From: Raja brachyura
Lineage: Eukaryota
Length of the DNA stretch: 64,000 nt
Reading direction: 5' to 3'
Assembly (NCBI GenBank): GCA_963514005.1
Contig: OY740806.1
Coordinates: 15,376,001-15,440,000 of the forward strand
In this document: piece by piece, positions 12,595 to 24,570 of the stretch
Layout of the letters: the number at the start of each line of letters is the position of its first letter
Numbering within the stretch: position 1 is the first letter of the stretch
Position numbers and translations under genes: made by a program
The notes under the pieces: generated by a model
The model's database searches: none
What the model was told of the DNA's origin: nothing
Seen by the model: the letters and a program-made list of their open reading frames with translations, nothing else

Positions 12595-13243
12595 CGCCAT
12601 CTTTGAAGGGGGCATCAGCTTCGACCCATATGACCTGCTATCATACAATCTAAAGTACGTAAATCTATGTTTTCAAATTGCATACAGTTCTGAGGCGTGG
12701 CGGGGTAACGTTGCTGATTAAGATGTTTCGGGTTCGCGCGATTCTATTTCGGAATTGCTGATAAATCAGAGAAACGTCTAATCACCTCGAATTAAGCGGA
12801 TTCACTCTGGCTGCTGCCGCCATCTTTGTTTGGGGCACCGGGCCCCCGCAGGGTCTCGGAGACAAACCCGGGGCTCACACGCGTTCCTGTCAGACACGGC
12901 TTCGGAATGTTGTCGATGTTTGTGTCGTTTTAAAGCGCGTTAGCCGAAGTTTGCGTGAATTTACAGGCAGTAATGAAGTGAATGACAAATCGAGGCCGCC
13001 ATCTTTATGCGGGGCGCGATTGCTTCCTCAGCGCTCCGCCGGGTGCAACCTCGCGAATCCCGTTCTACTGTCGCAGGAAGCTTTCAGCGGCCTGACGCTA
13101 CTCTATGAAAGACTTTGGGCCAGTTTCTGTACCTAAACCGCCCGTCAGTCCAATTAAATGAGAGCGCTCGCCATTTTTCAAAGGGGCGCGGGAGGACTGA
13201 CGGCCCCACAATGCTCGCCGAGCCGCCATCTTTGTGCGGGGCA
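12595..13243 (+). promoter_or_regulatory. Cluster of five YY1-type composite motifs CGCCATYTT-N5-GGGGCR
   Basis: Copies start at 12595, 12818, 12997, 13169 and 13224; same strand, identical 5-nt spacer length. CGCCATNTT is the established YY1 core. Confidence 0.8.
13205..13214 (+). promoter_or_regulatory. ZNF143/Staf-like motif CCCACAATGC (copy 2)
   Basis: Identical 10-mer just upstream of the fifth YY1-type motif. Confidence 0.5.
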
Positions 13244-13453
13244 CGGGGCCCTGCTGGCGGAATGGCCGCGGCTCTGCGTTTAAATTGGAGTTTGCGGGTC
13301 GGGATGAAGTAATTGAAGCGTCTGCCGGGCGTTATTTTGTAGCTGTCGGGTGCTAAGGGCTGTGGTATTTGTCCCAGGAGGAGGGGGCTGCAGGGTTTGC
13401 CCCTCTGCATCCCACAGTTCCCGGGGCGAGTGCACGGATGTAGACGGTGGACG

Positions 13454-13825
13454 ATGGCGGCGCCCAGGGCAGCGGACTCCCCGAGTCGGAGCTGGCCGAG
13501 CGCGGCGGCCGATGCCTCGCTCCAAATCGTCGCTCCCACCTGGACAGAAGTGGCGGGCGACCCTGCCAGCGAGCCTCCCACCCCCAGCTGGAGCAGCGCG
13601 GCGGTGGAGAACCCGGCCCCCAGCCCGAGCCGGCCGCCCGCCTGCCGCGGCATCTCCTGGACCCCGGCCGAGACCAACGCGCTGATCGCAGTGTGGGGCG
13701 ACGAGCGGCTGCAGGACGTGCTGGAGGGCAACCTGCGCAACTCGCACATCTTCGACAGGATCTCGCAGGCCCTGCGGGAAATGGGCTACGAGAGAAGCGC
13801 TAACCAGTGCAAGGAGAGGATAAAG
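13454..13825 (+). CDS. MSANTD2: MSANTD2-like coding exon 1 (Myb/SANT-like trihelix domain, N-terminal part)
   Basis: ATG at 13454 (acgATGG, good Kozak) gives MAAP...[24 protein letters not shown]...[14 protein letters not shown], matching the recalled vertebrate MSANTD2 motif [20 protein letters not shown]...QCRERIK. Ends at donor AAG|gtagcc, phase 0; 372 nt; lies in a CpG island. Confidence 0.93.
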
Positions 13826-15756
13826 GTAGCCGAGACTCCTGGCGAGTAAACTAACTGTAACCAATAACCGGGGTCTTGCAGGCACCGTCTCCATGGTTCA
13901 ATGGTACTTTATTGCAGCAGATACAGTGAAAAACGTTGTTTTGCATGTAATCCTGTAAAATCATACCATGCATAAGTACAATCGAACAGGAGTGCGACAT
14001 TGTATGTAGTGCAGTTGGGACTATGTAAATTGGGCACTCTACCGTTTCCAATAGCCCAAACCAACTAATCTGTGTGGTAACTCGTGTTATGTAATTAACT
14101 TGCCATCCATATCATGTTTCCCATCTCTTATTGATTCAATTTAGGCATTTCTAAGCCCCCTTTTTCCCGTACTACTTGTGAATGGTTTCTGTTGTTTTTG
14201 ATATGGAACTGGTACTAAGTGAAGTTGGGCACAAAATTAACCAATTTTCCATTCACACAATAGTTACAGGAGATCTTCGAGGCCTTGCTAACTCTATGTA
14301 AGAGCAATTCGGGTTGACCCATTGCCTGTCCTCTCCTTTAGCCCTGCAAATTAATTCCCTAGAAATACCTATTCAGCTTCCATATGAAAACTACAATTGA
14401 ATTTGCTTAATCCACTATACATTCCAGACTCCAACCATTCTGTTTTCAAAATACAATCACAGGATCATATTTTGATAGTAGGGTTCAATGACGATGTTAC
14501 CTTGTTGGGTAATTTCAGAGGCTAGTCAACTAATTGGATCTAGTGTCGTTGTCAGACTAGAGGTATTTCTACCTTGAGAAAGTTGCTGAACGTAGTTTCA
14601 AGTTTTCCATACTATATCTATTTCTTCCATATCTGTTTCAATCACTTGTATTTAAAATTCCTTTCTGACTTAATAGAGCACAAACATGTTTCTGAATCAC
14701 TGGTGCACATAATTGATGACACCTTACTTACAGTTATCTGAACTTACAGCAGCCTCAATCTATGATCCCACGTTCATAAATGTCAAAAGCTTGTCACGGT
14801 CTATCTACCCATCCTCTGAGTCCTATAGTTTTGTCACAAGCAACATTTTAAACCGTTACCTTTTTGCATGATGATTTCTAATTCCTAAGTTGAAAATCAG
14901 AAACTTTTGCTTATTCCCCACAGTTAGGCTGGATATTAGTTTCATTGTTCCTGTCTTATCATTCAATCTCCAGGTGGGTACATTCCTTTTTTACAAACTA
15001 AGATTGGAATGGGGCTGAGTTTGGAGTTGAAAGAAGAAAATCCATCTTCCTTGGGACAAAAGTAAAGACAATAATGTCTGTCCTTCAAAGGCTGATTTAT
15101 TTTTCAACCTATATTTAATATTTGTAGTTCAGTTGACATTGGTGATTAGCATTAAGTTTTTTCCCCCCCTGGATTGTGTCCAGGTCTTGAGTGATTCTCA
15201 TGTCTGTCTCTAGAACTGACTGCAGTATTCCAGGCGTGGTTTGTGTTGTCTTGTGCCACAGATGAAAGTCATGTTCCAAGTTGTGTTCAACTGTTTCACC
15301 TATAAGGTTGCCATATTATTCTGTTTGTATAATGCCATGCTACAGTTTGGCAAATTTTCTTCAGCTTTAGTTCAGTTGGTTTGATATAATTCATGTGGGA
15401 TATTATATTCTAATGGCATCTTAAAACTTGGTTATAATTTAATCTGCCCAGTTATATTTTATATCAGTAGTTATAACTTTTAGTTCAGGAGTATTTACTT
15501 CTGTTTTACATATCTTTATATAATTTACAATTTTAAGCAGCCTTTTTCTTTCACATCTAAGGTTGTAAGTTCAAGAACACACCCCCAGGGACACAGATTG
15601 GCCAAGGGTAGTTTAAATGCCATGTATCTTTTCTGGTTATAAAAACCGGTGACACGTTGGGCACTTGAGTCTTTGAACCATTGCAACTAGATGTCACATC
15701 CTTTGGTTGTTAAAATAAGACCTATTCCATAAATTTAAGCAGATAATCTGGGTAAA

Positions 15757-15890
15757 CCAGTCTGAAGAAGGGTCTCGACCCGAAACGTCACCTATTTCTT
15801 CGCTCGATAGATGCTGCCTCACCCGCTGAGTTTCTTCACCATTTTTGTCTACCTTCGATTTTTCCAGCATCTGCAGTTCCTTCTTAAACA
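15757..15890 (+). mobile_element. Short Penelope-derived insert
   Basis: Hammerhead core followed by the shared terminal sequence gatgctgcctcacccgctgagttt...cagcatctgcagttccttcttaaaca, also found at the end of the 20492-21154 element. Confidence 0.8.
15762..15789 (+). ncRNA. Minimal hammerhead-ribozyme-like core (Penelope-associated), intron 1 sense strand
   Basis: CTGAAGA A GGGT-CTCG-ACCC GAAAC GTC: CUGANGA box, stem II, GAAA, palindromic ACGT stem III and GUC cleavage triplet; stem I is only about 2 bp. Confidence 0.62.
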
Positions 15891-15903
15891 GTAATATAGG
15901 AGT

Positions 15904-16037
15904 GTTAAAGAAGGAACTGCAGATGCTGGAGAATCGAGGGTTACACAAAAAGCTGGAGAAACTCAGCGGGTGCAGCAGCATCTAAGGAGCGAAGGAGATA
16001 GGCGACGTTTCGGGTCGAGACCCTTCTTCAGACTCAT
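15904..16037 (-). mobile_element. Short Penelope-derived insert, inverted relative to its neighbour
   Basis: Has its own 12-bp TSD taatataggagt (15892-15903 / 16038-16049). Confidence 0.82.
16004..16031 (-). ncRNA. Minimal hammerhead-ribozyme-like core, antisense copy
   Basis: GACGTTTCGGGTCGAGACCCTTCTTCAG is the exact reverse complement of the 15762-15789 core. Confidence 0.62.
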
Positions 16038-16344
16038 TAATATAGGAGTAATGTTTTGTTTTCTAAGAGGACGAATTTTGATTAACTTGTTAACCAGGGA
16101 GTCTGGACAGGTTTAAAAGTTGCATGTTACAAATCTGTATGCATGTCACTGATCGAGTTAACGCCTTTTCAACCTGCCAACAGTGATTGAGTTTTTATTC
16201 ACATTAAAGACCTTATGTAATTGTTTTTTTTAGCTTTGCAATAGTGGCAATGTTTCAGTGGTACTCAAAATATTGCATATTTCCAAAGATTAAATTTTTT
16301 TTTTTTCTAAATTCTTCTGATTTTTGATCCTGCATAACATTTCG

Positions 16345-16550
16345 GAGATAGACACAAAAAGCTGGAGAAACTCAGCGGGACTGGCAGCATCTCTGGAGAG
16401 AAGAAATGGGTAATGTATTGGGTTGAGACCCTTCTTCAGACCTGAAATGTCACCCATTCCTTCTCTCCAGTGATGCTGCCTGTCCCACCGAGTTACTCCA
16501 GCTTTTGTGTCTATCTTTGGTTTAAACCAGCATCTACAGTTCCTTCTTAC
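16345..16550. mobile_element. Self-inverted Penelope-derived insert
   Basis: agatagacacaaaaagctggag...ctccagcttttgtgtctatct inverted arms; flanking taacatttc repeat. Confidence 0.75.
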
Positions 16551-17249
16551 ACGTAACATTTCAGCGAACATGTAACCTTAATAAAATTAAATATAAGTGA
16601 GGCGTAAGGTCTGAACTAATACTTGATGGTCATGAAACAGAAAGAACTATTGAAAATTGACCTGTCAGTTAGAATTAGATTTTATGCATAATCTCACCCT
16701 TCAAATCAAAAAAAGTGTAGTTAGTGTAGTGTGGGATTTTTGTTTTGTATTTCAGTGCATATTCAAATACCTTGGGGGCATTTAGAAAAAAAGCTGCATT
16801 ATGTCTTATTTATCAGAGTAAATAATAACTTCAATGTGGTTCGGGACCAATAAAAGTACATTTAATACTCAGCAGGTCAGTCAGCATCTATAAAGTTCAT
16901 TCTTAGAGAATTTGCTTTCAACTTGGCAATGTTTTATCGGCAAGTTTAATTAAAAAGCTATAGGCAAATGTTATTTATTTGTGAGTTCAATTTTCTTTTT
17001 TACAGCAGGAAACACTATGCTCGAAAGATTTTAAACTTATGTTGGAATTTGTTTGAAAAATTGTAATCGGATATAGTGGATGCACAAGTCAGTAAAGGAA
17101 CTACCTGAAAGCATTTTATATTAGTAAAAACAATAACTTTAACCCATGATTATTATGGTCTGGAAATTAAAAAAACATCTGGCTGCTTTTATTTAAAATT
17201 AAATCGTCATTATTTGAGAATTTGCAATTAAGTCTCACTGACATAATAA

Positions 17250-17495
17250 TGCACAGTGGTGTAGCTGGTAGAGCTGCTGCCTCACAGCGCCAGATTCCCA
17301 CATTCAATCTTGACCTCGGGTGCTGCCTGTGTGGAGTTTGCAGGTTTACCGGTTAATTGCCTATTGTAATTTGCCCCTTGTGTGCACGCACAGTGGATGA
17401 GAAAGTGGGATAACATGGAACTTGTGCGAATGGGTGACTGATGGTCGGCGTGGACTTGTTGAGTCAAAGGGCCTGTTTACATGCTGTTTCTTTAA
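17250..17495 (+). mobile_element. tRNA-derived SINE, internally deleted
   Basis: gcacagtggtgtagctggtagagctgctgcctcacagcgccag...ttcaatcttgacctcgggtgctg. Confidence 0.8.
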
Positions 17496-20491
17496 ATCAA
17501 TCAGTCTTTGCTCACTAAGCTTTATAATTAATAACTTACAATCAGCAACTCTTCATCCAAACTACAGTTCATTTCTCAAGCTGGTGACAGAAAGTAAATG
17601 GGAACTCGCATTCAAATCGTGTTCATGAATGCATATTTTTTAAGTCATTGTTATGTTGGCAAGGTACACGCAGCATGATGCCATTGCAGTACAAAGAGAA
17701 TAACTTGTTGGATCCTGAAATTCAATTGTGCGGTGCATTGTCTTAGCGTGAAGTATTGAATTGATCTGCAAGTTGGATTGGGTACAGCAAATTAGTATTT
17801 TCCATTGTGCACATAACATGGCTATACTTTGACACGTCGGGCATATACAAGTGATGCCATTCTGGCTCATTGGGTGTGCTGGAGAACAATATTGTGGTCA
17901 CAATGTGAAGGCATCAAAAGCTTAATAGATCCTCCATGAGACTCCACATTCCACAGAGAATTGACAATATACTAAATAGTTGCTTACACTTTTGTAACTT
18001 GCCACAGTTAAACCATTTTGAGGGCATGCCACAATCGCCCCCTCTCCTTTCCCCTTACAACAGGAGGAGGAGAAAGAACCCAGTAAATGCTGATAACATT
18101 GAGGTCTGCAGAAATATGCTTAGAGGGTACCTTTAATATTGCTGATGTTTATTTCAGAATTCCACTCGAGCATCGTTGGCCGTTTGGTCACAGTTAATCA
18201 GCCCAGTGCTAAGTGCAGCAAGATTTTGTAACTATTTGAATTTGCAATAATGAAGGACAGATGTGATTGGAATCCTTGGTAATGAGTACCAGCATGATAA
18301 ATGCTTCGGGATTATTTCCATGATATTCATTGCTCTATTTTCCCCACCAGCAATATTCTGGGGCTTTACGTTGGAAAGAGAATTCTTGGAAACAATTGGA
18401 ATTGTTGATTTAAAAGCTTATTTTAGATGGGATGGGCTACATTGAGGGACTTGGCCATCGTCGTGAAGGAATTTGCATCACATCCATGTGTAAAGCTGAG
18501 AGAAGTTATTTGCAGCTATAAAGATATTGACCAATGCTGTATCTTAAACCGCCCCTCCTCCCCTGCAGTATTGGTTCCTGAACTGAAATGTGTCTTTCAA
18601 TACATAATCGAAATAAAGCATTGGTGCTCTGTCACTGTTGGAAAGGCAAGGTAGATAAAGAAATGCAGCCTTCTCTGTTTTGAATGTGTCTCCCTCTCCC
18701 GAGTGCTCAATCATAAGTATACCCTCACCACAATCACTGCACTGGGTCAGATCAGGGCTTTCTTGGTGCATTCAAAAAGTGATGAAAAGTATCTGCCTCT
18801 GCATCTATGTTGCAGTGCAGGGTCAGGGCCAGGGGCATTCATGGGGCATTGGTGTTAAGGCTTATTTTGCAAGGTATGGTTCCATAACTGGGACAGTTGA
18901 GTATGTTTCCCACAATACACTAACAAGCTTGGTAGATATTTTAATTCTGTTGTGAAGTTAGTTGTGTTCCTGCAGCATACACAGCTTCCTGTTAATATTC
19001 ACAATAATTGTAGCTGCTTCCAACAATTTTCTGGTCAATAGTAAGTTGCCATGAATTCTGCTTGTGGGAAATGGACTACAGCAATACCAATCAATGCCAT
19101 GTGGAAATAATGAGACTTCTACAATGCTGATGGTCATAGCCAAGCTTTACTGTCATAACTTCCCTTTCATTTTATTTGCTAATGATTCCAGGTCTTGGTG
19201 TATTTACAATATTCAGGCCTACGAGTAAATGGTCTGAAGGCTCTGTGCAGAGCTTTATGTAATATTAGAAATTGATTATCTCAACCATCTAGACAGTTGA
19301 GCAGGTCTTTGCACAGGTTATGCTCTGTCCCAAGCATCTGATGCATTCTATTCTGGCATGACCTATAAATGGCACCACTGGTTCTTATCTGCCCACTTCA
19401 GTGTGGAATGTGTGTGACTTTTGCCACCAGGGACCTGTACACAAAATAACTTGCCTCCTGGCCTGGGTACCGTTGACTTGCCTGCTTGTAGGTCTCTGCT
19501 GTGAATGATTGCCATAATTTGAGGTGAATCCAAACAAGAGAAGTCATCTTCCAACTCGATTGCTGGGCCCTTGTTAGTGGCAAAGTTCATTATTTTATTG
19601 TCTCCATTGGAAAAGGTGCAATGTCTGAAGTAGGGTCTCGACCTGAAATCTCACCTTTTCCTTCTTTCCATAGCTGCTGCCTCACCTTCAGCATTTTTGT
19701 CTACCTTCGATTTTTCCAGCATCTGCAGTGCTTTCTTAAACAGTTAATGGTCATGGTGACGGGAAGGTTTGTGTTTGGATCAGATGGATGTGTGAAGGAG
19801 AAATCATTGGAAAAAGATGTGCAAGGAAGAGGCATGCAGTGAGGATGAGAATTTGTGCCTACCCATCATTGGTGATTGGTGTGAATGAAAAGTGTGCCTG
19901 CTCCTGTATTTCTACTCTTATAGTTTCTCTGAAAGCTGATTGCTGACCTAGAAATAGCTGGATAAATTAGCAGAAGTGTTTACATGTTCTCCAGAGATGC
20001 TGCCTGACCTGCTGAGTTAACAGCACTTTGTTCTTTTGTGTATTAACCAGCGTCTGCAGTTCTTTGTTTCTACTCCATATAACTACATGCAATGATAATC
20101 CCTTACTTGCTTATAGTGGACAATTGGTAATAACGGGCACCACTCCCCCTCCTGTTCCCTACCCCCCCACCCCCCCCCCCAACACAATGCCTGCTCCTCC
20201 CCAATGCCTGTTATAACGAGGCTTTACTGTACCTATGAAAAGTTACCAGGATTCCTATTTTCCAGACCATCCAAGTGCTAATGCTTGTACAAGATCCCCT
20301 TTCAAAACATGCATTGATAGGACTTGGAATAAATTGAGGGGGCGGGATGTGTCTCTCAACCCTTTCAGCCCAGTCGCACCGACCAGGCACTAAAGTTAAT
20401 GCTGATTTCAGTGTATGATGCTTAGAAACCGTTTGAATAGAAAGTTATATGCTCACTTTCACTTCATTACACAAGAGATAACTTTAACAAT

Positions 20492-21154
20492 TTGTCCCTT
20501 ACCACCCGAACCACCCCCTCCCCGGGCACTTTCCCTTGCAACCGCAGGAAATGCTACACTTGTCGCTTTACCTCCCCCCTTGACTCCGTTCAAGGACCCA
20601 AGTAATCTTTCCAGGTGTGGCAGAGGTTCACCTGCACCTCCACCAACCTCATCTATTGTATTCGCTGCTCTAGATGTCAGCTGCTCTGCATCGGTGAGAC
20701 TAAGGGTAGGTTTGGCGATCGCTTCACCGAACACCTCCGCTCGGTTCGCAATAACCAATCTGATCTCCCGGTGGCTCAGCACTTCAACTCCCCCCTCCCA
20801 TTCTAAATCTGACCTTTCTGTCCTGGTTCTCCTCCATGGCCAGAGTGAGGACCACCGGAACTTTGAGGAACAGCACCTCATATTTCGCTTAGGCAGTTTG
20901 CACCCCAGCGGTATGAACATTGACTTCTCTAATTTCAGGTAGTCCCTACTTTCTCCTCCCCTTCTCAGTTCTCCCTCAGCCCACTGGCTCCACCTCTTCC
21001 TTTCTTTCCCCGCCCCCCGCATCAGCCTGAAGAAGGCTCTCGACCTGAAATGTTGCCTACTTCCTTCGCTCCATAGATGCTGCCTCATCTGGTGAGTTTC
21101 TCCAGCATCTTTGTCTACCTTCGATTTTCCAGCATCTGCAGTTCATTCTTAAAC
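20492..21154 (+). mobile_element. Penelope-like element (Neptune-type) 3' fragment: Cys-rich linker + GIY-YIG endonuclease + terminal region
   Basis: GTFPCNRRKCYTC, NLIYCIRCSRCQLLCIGETKGRFGDRFTEH, EEQHLIFRLGSLHPSGMNIDFSNFR* across frameshifts; flanked by an 11-bp TSD actttaacaat (20481-20491 / 21155-21165). Confidence 0.9.
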
Positions 21155-23497
21155 ACTTTAACAATGCCGTTCATCAGCACTTTTTGAACCTTATTGCTCT
21201 AAGGCAAGTGTTCGCAGATGAGCCTTTAGATGTAGAGATTACAATTGCATACACTGCTTAAAGTGAGGGGTTCCTGAAGTATTGTAAATCTCGGCAAGAT
21301 CTCGCTGCAATAAGTGGCAACAGCCATTTCCCATCTAATTGCTTGTGTGTCCATCTTCTTGCATTTGTTGAGTCACCCCCAGATTCCTCAAATGTTTGCT
21401 CTTTTCCCAGGAAAAAAAATGTTTCAACTAAAAATGAATTAAAATCAGGCACATATTTGTGGGTCACATATAGACCAGACTGGCAAAGGATGAAAGATTT
21501 CCTTGCTTGAAGGATGCTGGGCCAGGTGGATTTTTGTTGCAATCTGTTAGTTTCATGGTTGCACTGGCTTTTTATTCCACTCCATTTGATGAACAATTTA
21601 TCTTTTTTATTTTATGGTTGAGAATTGAACTCTTATCCTTGTATCATTCATCCACAAAAATGGTTTGCATTAGAAAGGAGCTGCAAAGTAACTTTGTTGT
21701 CTATGGATTGAAAGCCCCTTTTTGAGTGGTTTAAATGTTGAATCGCTGGATTCTGGGGAGTGGGGGAGAGAAAGTTATGGCAAGGAGTTCCTAAACTTTG
21801 AAACGAGAGAGAAAATACAATTTTTATATATAACATTTAAAAATAATAATTCATTAAAAAAAAAGACAGCTCCTCACAAAATAAGGTCATGGTAATTTAA
21901 AAAATGGACATAGAACAGTCTTCCCAATTATTTCAACGATAAGTGCAGTGAAGTAACAGTTTGTCCAGGGTTGAACATGCATGTGCTGAGGTGATTTTTG
22001 AACAGCATGGAAGTTGTGCATCACGATTTGCTTTGACATGTTTTAAGCTGAGTAAGGGGAGCAGAAGAGGGACTCAAAATCAGTGTGTCCTTCTCTCTCT
22101 GCCCACATTTTTACTTACTATCTTTTTAAATTGGATATTTTTGGCATGTTGTAAAAATAATCAATTCTCTGTCCTTTGGTGTATGTGAGACAATGTAAGT
22201 CATACTGTTATTATGTGTTACTCAGGAAATCTGTTTTGTAGGTAGACAGAGAGCGCTCTGTACAACTGCATGTAGACTAATGCCTGTGAAAATTGTGTTG
22301 AGGTTTGTAGGCTGCGAAGTAATCGTGTTTAATAAATGTACATCACAGACTTTGGAAACATTAGTTGTTAAACCACCTACAATTTTACATTTAATGTGTT
22401 GCATCTTTTTATAAATGCATTGAAACAGTTTGAATTAAAAACACTTAACACTTGCAGCATCACTGGAGAATATTGAATATCTTTCCCAAATTCCTAAACT
22501 TTTCCACTGGCCTATACTTCTATAGGGACCGGGAACCTTTAATTCATAATGGGCAACATAAGAATCCTTTAATGTTCATACTAGAGTGGCAATTAACATT
22601 ATTAGAGTGAGGAGAATTGTTGTGTGTGGAAATGCAGACCTGAAACATTACCTGGCTTTTTGTCTTTAGAAGCTGTGATGGACCAGGAAAGTATCACCAG
22701 GATTTTCTGAGGGACTTTTACAAAGGAGCTAGGTATTGAACAGCTCTATTTGCAGTATATTGCTCTATGTAACAACAGCAGAATCTCTAAAGTAGCTTTC
22801 CAAATCTCTCAGATTTTGATGTAAGCGTCCATTTTTTCTGCGATGTGAAAACCTGTAAATTTACTACCTAGCTTCACCAAAAGTACACAATAATCATCCC
22901 ACATAACTTTCTTTGTGATTTTAACCACTTCAGGCATGATGTCTAATGAGGCCGTTGCTTTAAAAAATAAATATGTTTTAGCCAGGGTCCCCATAACTTT
23001 GAATGCGTCATAGTGTCAGTATTGTCTCAGCTTTGTATTAAGGGAAGTAAGCAATAAGATTATTTTGCTACTGGTCCTCAGGAAAGGCACTAATTACTGC
23101 TCCACCCTTGGCAGTCTCCTGCCACTATCGGGATAGTACTTGTCTGCTTTCACCATCATCGAACACTATAAGTGTGACAGTGAAATTATGTTTTTACTGT
23201 TTCTTAGATTGGCATGTATCAAGTAAGATTTTTTTTTAACTGAATCAAGTTTTTTTGTTTTTTTTTGTTTACAGTATGAATCTGAAGGGCAAGCTGGGCC
23301 TGTAATGTAGGACAGCACAAGAGCAGGAAATAAAGCATTTTTAGTCAAAATTTAGGAGATCCAATAGGAGTTTCTGGATTTGCACACAGTGGGAGGAAGG
23401 AAAGTAGTCCTTCAGTTCTGGGGTTCTAAGAAAGAATACATTTTAATTTGTGCTTAAAACTACTTTTAAGGTCTGCCTTATTTTCATTCCTATACAG

Positions 23498-23846
23498 ACT
23501 CTAAAGAGGTGCTATAGCCGAGTGAAGGAACGAGGTCGTGGTAAGAGAACCTGTAACTATACGTTTCAACAGCTGGAGCAGGTCTTTGGACGCGTGCCTG
23601 TCGTGTGGGAACCACACGCCTATCAGCCTGTCCTTATTGACAGCAGTGGACTCTACCAGGACACAAAACCTGTCACAATTAATCTGGAAGAAAGCCGGGA
23701 AGCTCAACCAACAGAGTTGGAAGATTGCAGAAACGAAAAACCAGATTTGCACATCAAGCAGGAGGTGCTTATGAATCCGAGGCAGGAGCTGCAGGCCTAC
23801 CAGAGGCAGGATCTCGCTGTGTACCAGGACGCAGATGAGGATGTAG
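23498..23846 (+). CDS. MSANTD2: MSANTD2-like coding exon 2
   Basis: Acceptor ttttcattcctatacag|ACT. Encodes [31 protein letters not shown]...QPVLIDSSGLYQ (recalled human [31 protein letters not shown]...QPVLINSSGLYQ). Donor GTAG|gtgagc, phase 1; 349 nt. Confidence 0.93.
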
Positions 23847-23939
23847 GTGAGCAACCTGTTGGCATTATACTTTTAGTACAACCAGAGGATCATATGTCTG
23901 TGGCATTTCTGGCTTTTGAATCTGTCTGTCGTCTTTGAT

Positions 23940-24570
23940 TTAATCATAATAATACTTTATTAGCCATGTATGTTTTGCAACATACGAGAAATTTCATTTG
24001 CCATAGTCATACCAATAAAAAGCAACAGAACACAAAATACATTTTAACATAAACATCCACCACAGTGACTACTCCACATTCTTCACTGTGATGGAAGGCG
24101 GAAAAAGTTTAAATTCTTCTCTTTTTTCTATCGCGCTCGAAGGCCTCGAACCTTCTGTTGGCGTGGCGACCTTGGTTCTTGTAGCCGGCGGTCCGGCCCT
24201 CTCGTCGGGGCTTTCAAGCTCCTGCATCGGGGGGGGTGGGGCACTCAGCTCCCCTGCCCCGGGCGATCTGACCCTGGGTCGGGGCTAGTCGAAACCTTCT
24301 ATGTCATTTGGAGCTTCTCGAGACTGTGAGCTCCTCGATGGTGAAATCCGCAGTAGCATAGATCCCAGGCAAGGGGTGGCTCTGATGTTAAGTCCACAGC
24401 CCCACAGTGGGGCTCAAAGTCAGTCCTGAGCAAGGCCGCCAGCTCCATAATGTTAGGCCGCAGAGCGACCGGAGATACAATCTGGAAAACAATTGCATCT
24501 CAGGCAAGGTGAGAGATTGAAATCTCAACCTCCACATAAAACAAACCAGAGAACATTAACACATACTTTT
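23940..24570 (-). repeat. Unclassified retroposon-like insert with GC-rich interior
   Basis: taatcataataatactttatt tail typical of LINE-mobilised 3' ends on the minus strand; CpG-rich interior in an otherwise CpG-poor intron; no protein motif. Confidence 0.5.

Larger units (their letters stand above)
12560..13850 (+). promoter_or_regulatory. CpG-island promoter / 5' region of MSANTD2
   Basis: Abrupt rise in GC and CpG density relative to AT-rich, CpG-poor flanks; no recognisable TE; encloses exon 1. Confidence 0.85.

Noticed and set aside
13084-13894. Long antisense and alternative-frame ORFs over exon 1 (221, 204, 118 and 111 aa)
   Set aside because: GC-rich shadows of the CpG island and exon 1; low complexity with no recognisable motifs.
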